64,000 nucleotides of DNA from Chiloscyllium plagiosum (Eukaryota): positions 22,694,600 to 22,758,599 of the forward strand of contig NC_057726.1 of assembly GCF_004010195.1 (NCBI RefSeq), read 5' to 3'. Position 1 is the first letter of the stretch; every line of letters starts with the position of its first letter. Below the pieces are notes generated by a model, which saw only the letters and a list, made by a program, of their open reading frames with translations, searched no databases and was not told the DNA's origin. The position numbers and the translations under genes are program-made. Positions 1 through 12,185 of this stretch are shown here, piece by piece.

Positions 1-625
1 CGTTTGGTATGCTTTCCTTTATTGGTCAGAGTATTGAGTACAGAAGTCGGGAGGTCATGTTGCGGCTGTACAGGACCTTGGTTAGGCCACTGTTGGAATA
101 TTATGTGCAATTCTGGTCTCCTTCCTATCGGAAAGATATTGTGAAACTTGAAAGGGTTCAGAAAAGACTCACAAGGATGTTGCCTGGGTTGGAGGATTTG
201 AGCTATAGAGAGAGGTTGAATAGACTGGGGCTGTTTTCCCTGGAGTGTCAGAGGCTGAGGTTGAAAAAATCAGGAGGGGCACGGATAGGATAAATAGACA
301 AAGTCTTTTTCCTTGTGTGGGGGAGTCCAGAACTAGAGGGCATTGATTTAGGGTGAGAGGGGAAAAATATAAAAGAGACCTAAGGAGCAACTTTCCTTGC
401 AGAGGGTGGTACATGTGTGGAATGAGCTGCCAGAGGAAGTGGTGGAGGCTGGTACAATTTCAATATTTAAAAGGCATCTGGATGGGTATATGAATAGGAA
501 GGGTTTGGAGTGATATGGGTCAGGTGCTGGCAGGTGGGACTAGATTGGGTTGAGATATCTGGTCAGCATGGATGAGTTGGACTAAAGAGTCTGTTTCCAT
601 GCTGTACATCTCTATGACTCTTTCT
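1..625 (+). mobile_element. CR1/HER1 LINE 3' fragment (RT C-terminus plus 3' UTR)
   Basis: ORF LYRTLVRPLLEYYVQFWSP...LERVQKRLTRMLPGL; ends with the ctctatgactct-type tail. Confidence 0.9.
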
Positions 626-2239
626 ATGATTCTGTCAACAGAGCTTACTGACTTGCTTCCAAAGTTGGTGCTAAGTAGCTAGAACTTGTCATGAACGCTG
701 ACTACCTTTACAGGTCCTGCAGCTGCCTAATGAGCAATTCCAAGAAGGAGAACTCATTAAGTGACTGCCTTTCTTTTTAGTTATTTGATGCTTTAAAATG
801 TACAGGGAATTTCCATCTTTTAAAATCATTTGGCAGGAATTGATAATGGGGGTGATATACATATAAAAATTGTGTATGTGTCCCACAGGCTTTTATTACG
901 TGAAAGGCTTTAATTAAATTTGGAATCAAACGAAGAAATGGAAGGTGGTTGATGTGTGCCCTGATTTTAATTTCAGTTCGGCAGAAGACAGAACTTCCCT
1001 CCTGTCGTCATTATGAGAACTGGGCCTCATTTTAATTATTTGTCTGTCGAGTTTCTGGCAGGGATTCCTGATTCCTACTTAAAATGGTAATGTAGCATTT
1101 TCTTTTTCCGATTTTCACTACCATACCACTACCATACCAAGGAAGTCTCGGAAATAGTGTGAGTAGTTCTGTCCTTGATGTTTCCCTGGCAGCCCTAATG
1201 GAGGAGTTCAGGGCGAGGAGGGATATATTGTTTCCCTACACATGTGGCAGCCTGGAAAGGTGTGGTTGATGGTGTCATTGCCAGCAGATCACACACAGGA
1301 TCTGGATTCAGTGGAGGAAAGGTTCAATATTCATTAACAAACTGTGCACAGAGCTGTCTATCTCTCCATATATTGCAACAAGTCTTGTCAACATTCTTTA
1401 CAAACTCTCTACCCTCCCACACCCCCTATGTAGATCCATCACTTTCATCACAGTGGATGAATAGCCCTTGATCACTCCAAACACGCTTATCTCTCACTTT
1501 GCTCTCCATGTAAATCACAACAACACCAATCTCTTTTCACACCCTCAAACTTGCACTTCAACTTTAAGACATTACAGAAATAAGGTTTCTATTAGAAGAT
1601 GCCAAAAATTCAACATTATGTCATTACTATAATCAGAAAAAGATGAATCTTGAAACAGGAAAATGTTTTAGCAAAATCTCTGAAGTAAATAATTAGGAAA
1701 GGAAACATCTTTAGCACAGATGTGCTCTGACCAGTTTCAACATTTGGAAATAATTATTTTAAGATTATTCTAAAATATATTTTATATTTCCAAAACTTGC
1801 TGGTAATTTCAGTTTAGTGAAGGGATTAATGTTGCTTGGAGCAGTTTTCAGTATAAGAGAACCCACAAGAGTAGATACCATTTAATTCCATCGGTTAACC
1901 CCAAATATTATTTGGAGAGCGGATAAATTTCAGAGATTAGCACACATATCCTTTCATCTCTGAGAGACTATTTAATTCAGGTCTGACTGATCTCTCTCTT
2001 TCATGCTAATAATTTTGGCTGGTTTTAATCCAGTTCCCTGTGTGCACAAACCCACAAAATTGGTTGTACTTCAGAACAAGTTAGTACTAAATTTGCAAGG
2101 ATGATTCTGTGGAAAATCAAACATATTTTCACATATGCAGAATGGTTTTGTCCTTTGAGTTTGTCACAAAAGGACATTTGAGATCCAACTTTGTTTTCTA
2201 CGTGTATTGGTATTATTGAAGCGTTTATGAAAGCTTTAT

Positions 2240-2560
2240 CATAGAATCCCCACAGCGTGGAAGCAGCCTCTTGAGTCCACACTGAACTTCTGAAGAGCAT
2301 CTCACCCAGACCCACCTATCCCTGTAAACCTGCATTTCCCATGGCTAACTTACCTAACCTGCACATCCCAAGACACTTTTTGGGTAATTTATCATGGCCT
2401 AACCACCTAACCCGCACATCCTTGGACTGTGGGAGGAAACCGGACCACCCAGAGGCAATCCACACAGATGCACAGAGAATGTACAAATTCCACACAGATA
2501 GTCACCCGAGGGAGGAATTGAAACTGAGTCCTTGCTGCCTGTGAGCCACTGTGCCACCCT
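2240..2560 (-). mobile_element. HE1-type tRNA-derived SINE
   Basis: Reverse complement of the ggcacagtggctca...gtgtggaatttgtacattctc...cctcccacagtccaagg core. Confidence 0.8.
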
Positions 2561-3574
2561 AAGTTTCCTCTAGATTGCAATTCAGACCACATTAAATAAA
2601 CTGGGCTTATATCCCCTTAAATAGGAAAAGACTAGGCTGAGATGGATAGGATTTTGTTCTGAATTGATGGGACCAATCCAAAAATAAACCTTTTCCAATG
2701 GTAGAACACTTGTTTAAATTAGAATCAGGCCATTCAGGAGAGCAATTACAAAATATTTCCTTATACAGTACAACGTATGGTACAATTAGGAATTCTCTCC
2801 CATTTAAAACAAAACACAGCCATAGATGCCAGTTCAATCAATACTTTTAAATCTAAAATGAATAAATATTTGCTAATTACCAAGGGATTTGGAGCAAAAA
2901 CAGATTAATATAGTCAGGAATCTGATCAGCCACGATCTAATTAAATGTTGAAATAGGGTTTGAGACTGAAAGATTGGCTCCTGTTCCTGCATTCCTTTAT
3001 ATTAATTAAATAAAACATTTAAACTTTTACTGAAAATTGCAAATCAGAGGAAGTATTCAGAAATGGATTTGTTGTTGCTAAATATAGTGGCCAGAAGTAT
3101 TCTTAACACCATTACTGGGATAACTAGAGGAGAGGAAGATTAATTATACATCCAGACACTGGAGCTGCTTGACACTGATACTACTGAAGTATTTTAATTT
3201 ACTCTGCTGTATAGAATACAAATAATTGCCACTAATTCGGTGGTGGCATGTTACTGATCACTCAGGGAGTCTGGGTTGCTGTGGCAACGTATACGTTTAC
3301 AGGCACGTTGTAGCCTGGAGCTATAGATAGTGCTGATAGAGACTCCAACATTCTTTCCATTACATGGCAGTTCAGAATCTCTTTACCACCTGCCGTTGGG
3401 TGTTCTGGAAGCATTTGCAGGTTTAGTCTCACCTGTTTTCACCCACATTATGAATGTACCATTCTGGATCCTATCTGTGACTAGAACCCAGACTGCTGCT
3501 TTAGAGGCAGAGATGCTACCCAACTGTCCCATAAGATCTCCCTGCTTTTTAGCTGTCAGCTTTAAAATTCTCAA

Positions 3575-3960
3575 TAGATGCCAAAGCACCTCACAGTCAA
3601 TGAAATACTTCTAAACTGTGGTCACTGTTGAAATGCAGGCTTAGCCAATTTGCTCACAGCAAAATCCTACAAATAAGAGGTAAAATTGCCAGATAACCTA
3701 TTTTCATTGGGTTTTTTTTAAGGGTTAAAACATCCAGATGGGGGTAGAACTCCTGATTTATTTCAGGAAGTGCTACTATGACGATCTCCACTCACTTGAA
3801 AGGGAATATGTGTCTGGGTTGAGTGTCTCAGCTGCTAGATGTCACTTCTGACAGCACAGCATTCACTTGGAGCGTAACCCTAGATTATGTGCTCACGTTA
3901 ATGCAATGAGATTGCTGACTTTCTGACTCAGAAGTGAGAGTGCTGCTGCTGAGCCGGTGC
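3575..3960 (-). mobile_element. Deu-domain SINE (SacSINE1/AmnSINE-like), old
   Basis: Degenerate match to the recalled Deu/tail sequence (caaagcac..cagtcaatgaaatactt..gtggtcactgttg..gccaatttg..cacagcaa). Confidence 0.6.
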
Positions 3961-4159
3961 GGTTTTACTCAAACACTGTACGTGGAGCTCCAGCTCTACG
4001 TCCTTGTATTTACAATATAAATGTACCGAATTTGAAATGAATACAGTTGTTTTGTTTTAAAGCTCTTCGCTATTTGAAATAATTCATGGTTATTTCTGTA
4101 GGGTAATGTCATGAACTAAAAATCATAGGGAGTTTCTTCCACAGCTCTCCTGCTCAGCG

Positions 4160-4545
4160 TAGCTGAGGGGTGACCTTATAGAGGTTTGTAAAATCATAGG
4201 AGGCATGGATAGGAGTAAATAGACAAAGTCTTTTCCCTGTGGTGGGGGAGTCCAGAACTAGAGAGCATAGGTTTAGGGTGAGAGGGGAAAGATATAAAAG
4301 AGACCTAAGGGCAACTTTTTCACACAGAGGGTGGTGCGTGTATGGAATGAGCTGCCAGAGGAAGTGGTGGAAGCTCATGCAATTGCAACATTTAAAAGGC
4401 ATCTGAATGGGTATATGATTAGGAAGGGTTTGAAGGGATATGGGCTGGGTGCTGGCAAGTGGGACTAGATAAGTGGGACATGGTCAGCATGGGCATGTTG
4501 GACCAAAGGGTCTGTTTCCGTGCTGTACACCTCTATGACTCTATT
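4160..4545 (+). mobile_element. CR1/HER1 LINE 3' end
   Basis: Highly similar to 250-620. Confidence 0.9.
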
Positions 4546-5400
4546 ACTGTAAGTATAAAAGAACTCTATTTATTAGCGTAAGGCTTTCTGCCAGTATTTT
4601 CTCTCAGTCACCGTGGTGACATAGGAGATGCTCTGAAGAAAGGCACCAGATTGATCTCTGGCAACTAGGGTTCAAAAAGCACAAGAGTGACAGGCAAATT
4701 CACCTTTGAGTGTTGCAAGTCACCTGTGAGATAGCAAGGACTTGGTTGGAGGGGAATATTCAAAAGGTTGCTTCTGAAGAATATTATCTCCTATCATTGC
4801 TTCCTTGTGGTTCTGAGCTGAACAACTGCTGGAAAAGGCACTTTGTTGATAGTGGAAAAGCAATGCAGAGTTTGATTGAAGGAATAGTATGAGGTAGACA
4901 GAAGCTGTGAGGAGTTTGGAAACCAAGTTAGAAACCTAACAGTATGATCAGAGTGCTACCTGTTCAAGGCAGCAGCCAGCAGAAAAAAGTCCTCCCATTT
5001 TACTTTTCCTTTTTATGCCTGCAGAGGGAAAATTATTTAATAATATATTTACATTATTGATAAGTATTTGCTACTTTTCATTACAAAAGAAACTTTTAAT
5101 CAAAACTATTAAAACTCATTTTCCACACATTTTTTATGTTCTGATTTAGAACACTATTGCACAAACCCTGTTTTGACAGAAAAGATGTAACTTTGCTAAA
5201 TGAGTTTTTGGTGCACCATTATTTGACGAAAGGTGTGTAAACATTTTGTAAACTTTTTTTACAGTTTGGATTGTAAACTAGTGCCTATATAGAATTTTGT
5301 CTTTTTTGTCAAGAAGTTTAATAATTAACTCGATCAGTCTTTACAGAACCATAGTTTTAAACCAGCATGTGTCAGGGAGTAGGTGACTGAAAGAAGGAGA

Positions 5401-6450
5401 AAGTGAGTATCTGGACCATCTCTGATGCCTCTCTCCCCTTCCTGTACCTTTCCATCTCCATTTCCGGCGACCGACTCAACATGGAAATCCATGACAAACC
5501 TACCGACTCCCACAGCTACCTGGACTACACCTCCTCCCACTCAGCTTCCTATGAAAACATTATCCCTTATTCCCAATTCCTCCCCCTCTGCCACATCTGC
5601 TCCCAGGAGGACCACTTCTACCACAGAACATCTCAGATGGCCTCCTTCTTCAAAGATGGCAATTTCCCCTTCCATGTGGTTGACGATGCCCTCTAGCAGA
5701 TCTCCTCCACTTCCTGCACCTCTGCCCTTGACCCCCACCCCTCTAACCGCAACAAGTATAGAATCCCATCCCGGTCCCTACCTTCCATGCGCCCACACCT
5801 GCCCCCTCACCTCCATCCAAGGCCCCAAAGGATCCTTCCACATCTGACAGAAATTCATCTGTCCTTCCACACACGTCTACTGTATCCATTGCACCTGATA
5901 TGGTCTCCTCTACACTGGGGAGACAGGATATCAAATTGCAGATCATTTCTGGGATACCTGCACAAACCAACCTCATTGCCCTATGGCTGAACACTGTAAC
6001 ACCCCCTCTCACTCTGCCAAGGACATGCAGATCCTGGGCCTTCTCTACCGCCAAACCCTTACCACCCAATACCTGGAGGAAGAATGCCATCTTTTGCCTT
6101 GGGACCCTCCAACCGTACAGGATCAGTGTGAATTTCACCAGTTTGCCCATTTCCTTTCCCCCTCACCTTATCCCAATCCTAACCTTACAGCTTGGCACCG
6201 CCCTCTCGAACTGTCCTACCTGTCCAAATTCCTTCCCACCTATCTGCTCCACCTCCTCTCCGACCTATCACTTTCAACCCCACCTTCCCAGCTACCTTCC
6301 CTCTGCCCCCCAGCCCCACACCCCTCCCATTTGTCTCTCAGCTCCATTGGCCCACAAGCCCCATTCCTGATGAAGGGTTTATGCCTGAAACATCGTTTCT
6401 CTTGCTCCTCAAATGTTGCCTGATCAACTGTGCTTTTCCAGCACCACACT
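5401..6450 (+). mobile_element. Penelope-like element relic (Neptune-type): RT C-terminus, GIY-YIG endonuclease, 3' pLTR with hammerhead motif
   Basis: LPFLYLSISISGDRL..HDKPTDSHSYLDYTSSH; VYCIHCT*YGLLYTGET (GIY-YIG); AEHCN..SH; LGTLQP; CTGATGA...GAAA at 6367-6390; frameshifted. Confidence 0.85.
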
Positions 6451-6516
6451 CTTCGGGTAGATGACTGAAGGTCTCCTGGAGTGTTAATGGAAGTTTGTTC
6501 ATATTATGGGGTTTTA

Positions 6517-7780
6517 GAGTCTTAGAGTCATTGAGTCCTGGAGCATGGAGACAGGCCCTTCAGCCCAAACTGGTCCATGTCTACCAAAATGTCTATCCAT
6601 GCTAACTCCATTTCCCTGCCCATATCTTTCTAACTCTTTACTATCCATGTATTTATCCAAATGCCTTTTAAATGTTGTTAATATACCCACCTCAACCACT
6701 TCCACTGACAGTTCATTATGTGTACCACACTGTGTAAAGAAGTTGCCCCTCAGGTTCCCTGTTATTCTTTCTCCTCTAACCTTTTTTGGATTCACTCTAA
6801 TCTTCTGAGCCCTCCTGATTTCCTTCTCCAGTAAACTCCTGCATTTCCTGTATACCTTCAGGAATTCCCTTGTTCCAGCTGCCTGTACCTGAGCCATGTC
6901 TCCTTTTTTTATGGTCAACGCCTCAATATCTCTTGTCAGCCAGCGCTCCCTATTCCTGCCAACCTTGCCAGTCACCCTCACAGGAACTATAGATCTTGAA
7001 GTCTAGCTATCTTACTTTTAAAGGTCTCACACTTGCCAGAGGTCCCTTTGCCTGCAAACAAACTATTTCAATCAACCCCCACAAGCTCCAATCTAATTCC
7101 ATCAAAATTTGCCTTGCCCCAATTTAGAACGTGAACCTGTGGACCAATTTTGTCCTTCTCCATAACTATTTTAAAATTAATAGAACTATGGTCACTGGTC
7201 AGAAAGTGCTCCCCCACTGTCACCTCCATCACCTGTCCTGCCCTGTTTCCCAAGAGTAGATTGGAATTTGCCCCTTCCTGAGTAGGACCCTCTATATACT
7301 GCTTGAGGAAACTTTCCTAAACATGCTTAACAAATTCCACACCATCTAAGCCCTTAACACTCTGGCAGTCCCAATCTATGTAAGGAAAATTAAAATCCCT
7401 TACTATTACGACCCTATTGCTCCTGCAAGTCTCCCTAGGATTCCTGCATGTTTGTTCCTCTAATTTCCATTGACTATTTGAGGGCCTTTAGTACAACCAT
7501 AATAACATCACCATTCCCTTCTTATTTCTTAGTCCCACCAACAAAGCCTCACTGGGTGATACTTCAGTTATTACATCTCTGACTAATCAAAAATGCAACT
7601 CCCCCTCCCCTCCCTTCCTTCCACCATATCTGTCCCACCTAAAGTATCTGTACCCTCATATGTTAAGCTGCTAGTCCTATCTCTCCCTTTAGCCATGCTT
7701 CTGTAATGGCTATAACATCCCAGTTCCATGTATCTATCCACACCCTGAGTTCACCGGCCTTACCTGTTAGCCCTCTTGCA
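6517..7780 (-). mobile_element. Internally deleted CR1 LINE (3' UTR joined to the endonuclease-proximal ORF2 region)
   Basis: CR1 3' tail at 6517-6780; EHFLTSDHSSINFKIVMEKD...LNWGKANFDGIR is typical of CR1 ORF2. Confidence 0.8.
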
Positions 7781-8886
7781 TAGATGACCAAAGGGCTCCT
7801 GGAGTGTTAATGGATGTTTGTTCATAGTGTGGGGTTTTATGACAGAATAACAAAACTGCATTAGCTCAGTATAGAATGTGGGCTTCACTGATTGGGCCAG
7901 CATTTATTGCCTACCCTTACCTGTCCTTGAGAAAGTACCGGTGACCTGACATTCGTGAACCGCTGCAGTCCATTTGTTGTATATAATGTCACAATGCTGT
8001 TAAACAGGGAGTCCAGGATTTTGACACAACAACACTGAGGGAATAGCGATGTATTTCAAATACTCAATGACGAGCGCCTTGGAGGGTAATTTGCAGATGT
8101 TGCCATTCCCATTTATCTGCTGTGCTTGTCATTCTGGATGATGGGTTGGAAGGTGCCATCTGAGGAGCATTCGTATATTTCTTGGTAAAGTCACAAAACA
8201 GACTTGTAGAACCAGCGAAAAAAGAAGGATTTGTGGCGGCAGAGTATCCCACCATTAGCTGCTATCATTGGAGCCACAGCGTGTGCAATGTAATAATCAG
8301 CAATGGGTATTGTTGCTTAAATCCCTCGATCTAAAATGGTGAAAACAAATCTATTTGACCCTAAAGAAATGTTTTCAGATGACAAGTAAGTTTATACTTG
8401 TTTTTACTTTATGAATACACAGGTAAGCGATTAGTAAAGCTGGTGGGAGGTACAGCTGGGCAAAGGCAGTACACACTGCTGAAATAGTCACCTCAAAGCT
8501 TATTAGGCTCAGGAGAAGAAATTAAAACTAGTCATGCTTGTAAGATACAAAGTCCTTCGAGAAAAAGGACCGGTGGAGGAAGCTGTGTATCAGGTTTTGG
8601 TGCTATGTGAGTAATGTGAACCAGGGAAAAGAACTTTAAATTAACAATGCAGAGGAGAAGGTTGGAAAACATAAAGGTCAAAATAGAGCACATGCAATCA
8701 GATTGAGCGTCTTTGCCCTTACAAATAGGTACCTTCAGGCAAGGCTACTGTAGTGAAGTTAAGGGCCACTAACGTAATGAATACCAAGGACTCAGCTGTG
8801 GAAACATAGTGGGAGCAAAAGGATAATTTACAGGATTTAGAAGACAGTATTTTACAGAAGAAGATATCAGAGTTTTAGGACCATAG

Positions 8887-9187
8887 GGCAGCTCAGTGGT
8901 TAGCACTGCTGCTTCACAGCACCAGGTCCCAGGTACGATTCCAGCCTTGGGTGACTGTCTGTGTGGAGTTTGCACATTCTCCCTGCGTCTGCGTGGGTTT
9001 CCTCTGGGTGCTCTGGTTTCCTCCCACAGTCCAAAGATGTGCAGGTCAGACGAATTGGCCATGCTACATTGCCCATAGTGTTAGGTGCATTAGTCAGAGG
9101 GAAATGGGTCTGGGTGGGTTACTCTTCGGAGGGTCAGTGTGGACTGGTTGGGCCGAAGGGCCTGTTTCCAAACTGAAGGGGATCTAA
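8887..9187 (+). mobile_element. HE1-type SINE
   Basis: gctcagtggttagcactgctg head, conserved core, gggccgaagggcctgtttcc...atctaatc tail. Confidence 0.9.
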
Positions 9188-9559
9188 TCGTAATAAAGTT
9201 GGAGATATGTAATTAAAACTGTAGATTTGTTGGGAGTGAAGGAGGGTTTGTTGAGACAGCAGATATAGAAGTGTATTTGAAATTTGGGGAAAGGAGTTCC
9301 TTGTTTAAAGGAATTCAGTAATATGAGGGTCCTTTGGGTAAGTTAATGGACTAACTACTGCATTCAACAGGAATAGCATGCTTCTTCCAAAATATAAAAG
9401 ATCCTACAGCTCAGGAATAATTTAAAGAAGAAAAGAATCACAGTCAACAGTTCTCAAGTCAAAGACCTAACGATCTACCAAGTTCAAAGAGAATGCATTC
9501 TGATAGAATCTTGAAAGCTCTAGACTGCTTGAATTAGTGAAGTCAGAGATCTGGATGAA

Positions 9560-12185
9560 AAGTAATTAAATGATTGAATTTGTAAATGTGAACTTTGGGA
9601 AATAAAAGGATAATGTAGATGCTGTATCAAATAATGGCTCTGAAAAGAGGAGCAATACATTGATAAGGACAGGCTATGAATGCAATCTAGCAAAAATCAT
9701 GAAAAAACAGATTTCAATAAAGAAATGTTTAGTTAAATCAAAGGTGGGTCCATTACAGGCAAAATCTTGAGAATTTATAAAAGGGAACTGAGAAATGACA
9801 CAGAAGCTAAACCATTACTATATGTCTGTTTTCTCCGAGGAAGATACAAGCAATCTCCCAGAAGTAGAGATCCAAATGTCTATTGGATAAGGAGTTACAG
9901 GAAATTAGTATTAGTAAGAAGATTGTACTGGAGAAATTAATGGTGCTGAAAATTGATAGATAACCATTACCTGATATTCTACATCCCAGAGACTTGAACG
10001 AGGTAAATACAGAGATAGTTCTTGTATCTTCCAGAGTTCTATCAATACTGGAATGATTCTTGTGGATTGGAGAGTAACAAATTCGATCCCAGTATTTAAG
10101 AAGGGAGTGAGACAGACAAAAAGAAAACGATGGACCTGTTACCCTTTCATTAGTAATATGGAAAATGCTCAAATCTCAAAATTTGAGTAATAATTATATG
10201 ACTGGGCCTACACTGCATAGACTTGTAAATGGGAAAATGTATTTGACAAATGTTTTTGAAACTATTGCTAACAAAAGTGATAAATGAGAGCCAATATATG
10301 GAATAATCTTAGATTTTCAGAAGGCTTTTGATAAAGTCACCCACAGCAGGTAGGTTTGTCTTCTGGTCAAGATGGCGATGGAGTAGCAGCACAGAATGTG
10401 GGCTTCCTGGGCCTGGAGCTTGTCTGATTTTACTCTTTCTCTTTTTTCCCTTCTTTCTCTTTGTTTTAAACTTTTAAACTTACTTACCTTCTGTGGAGAG
10501 CACTGACAATATCAAGGTGTCCAGCGCATCAGGGGCAACGTTTGTTCCCAACGGCGACAGTGGATGGAGGCAAGACCCAGCAGCTTTAGCGGCGGCTGCT
10601 TTGCTGAGATTGGCCCAGCGCAGACTCAAGGCGGTGACCTGTCAGAAGAGACATGATGGCACCAAAGAGCAGTGACATGGTTCTGCTGCGACAGCACAGC
10701 GAAGGGTCTCTAGTTTGGCCTCCTGCTTCATGCTGGTGATGATCTCAGCATCAGGGTGGAAAGCCCAGATCTAGGCATATGGTTAAGCACTTTAAGAAGG
10801 ACTCTAATGTTGAACTTGTAACGTCATATCTTTCTTTTTCTACTTTATATCTAAAGAGTTTGTCTCTAGATACCTTTATACACACGATGGCACTGGAGCA
10901 TGGCGACTTTGTACATTTTCACTGTATTCCTGTGTCCCTGTGCTTGAGTGCACGGGACAATAAAACCTAATTCTAATTCTAGAGGATTTAAAGCACTTGA
11001 GATGGGAAATGGATGGTTGTTCAGATGAGACTGACATCAATTGGCTAACAGATAGAAAGCAGAGAAATTAATCATTCTCACGCTGACAGACAGTGACATG
11101 TAGGATGCTGCAAGGATCAATAGTTGGGCCCCAGCTGTTCACAATCTATATCAATGATTTGGTGGTGGCGACCAGATGTTATTCACTTTGCTGGAAGAAA
11201 CAGATGTGCAGAATATTTCTCAAATAGTGCGAGGTTGGAAAGTGTAACATATTACGGGACTTAGTGTCCTTTTTGATAAATCACTGAAGGCTAATATGCG
11301 GGTAGGAAGGCTAATGGAATGTTAGCCTTTATTGCAGGAGAATTCATGTACAGAAGTAGTGAAACGTTTCTTCAATTGTATAGGAATTAGACCACACTTG
11401 GAGTACTGTGTGCAGTTTTGGTATCTGGATGGATATTATTGCCACAAAGGAGTGTAACTAAGGTTCACCAAATTTGTTCCTAGGTTGGTGGGACTGTCCT
11501 ATGATAACAGGTTAAGCAAACTGGGCCTGTATCCTCTGGAGTTTCAAAGAATGAGAGGTGATGTAATTGAAACTGATAAAATACTTAAAGGGATAGACAG
11601 GGTAGAAGCAGGGAAGATGTTTCCCCTAGTTGGGGAGTCCAGATATTTAAAAGAATATTAAAAATACTTTAAATGTAGAATATTTTATAAGTTTTAATAA
11701 GACTTATTAAAATAAGGAGAATATCTCTTGGGTATGAAGTGCAAATTTATTTTACTCAGAGGGTTGTGAACCTTTGGAATTCTTTACCACAGATGGTTGT
11801 AGAAGCTTTGTCTTTGAGCGTACATAAGGTAGAAATTGATACTTCTCTGATTATCGAGGCATACAGGACTGTGGGATTGGGGTAGGTAAAAGGCGCTGAA
11901 GTGTTCAATCAGCCACGATCGTACTGAATGGCGGGACAGTCAATAGACAGGAATGGCCTAGTCCTGTTCTTGTATTCTGTGAAAGAGTATGAATTTACAC
12001 TTGGAGTTTAGAAGGATTGGGGGGGGAATGTCTAACACAGAAATTCTTGATTGGAAAGGGATCAAAAATTATGAAGCGAAGGCAGGAGAATGGGGTTGAG
12101 AAACATATCAGCCATTTATCAAATGGCAGAGCAGACTTGATGGGCCAAATAGCTTAATTCTACTCTTACATGGTATGGTCTTAAT
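9560..12185 (+). mobile_element. Old degenerate CR1 ORF2/3' region, interrupted at 10360-10981
   Basis: Recognisable motifs such as gattttcagaaggcttttgataaagtc (DFQKAFDKV), caaggatca..ttgggcccc and gagtactgtgtgcagttttgg. Confidence 0.75.
10360..10981 (+). mobile_element. Short non-autonomous retroelement (Rex1/Babar-like ends) inserted into CR1
   Basis: 5' cttctggtcaagatggcg; 3' cactgt..gacaataaaa(c)ctaattctaattcta tail; host CR1 resumes after it. Confidence 0.5.
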
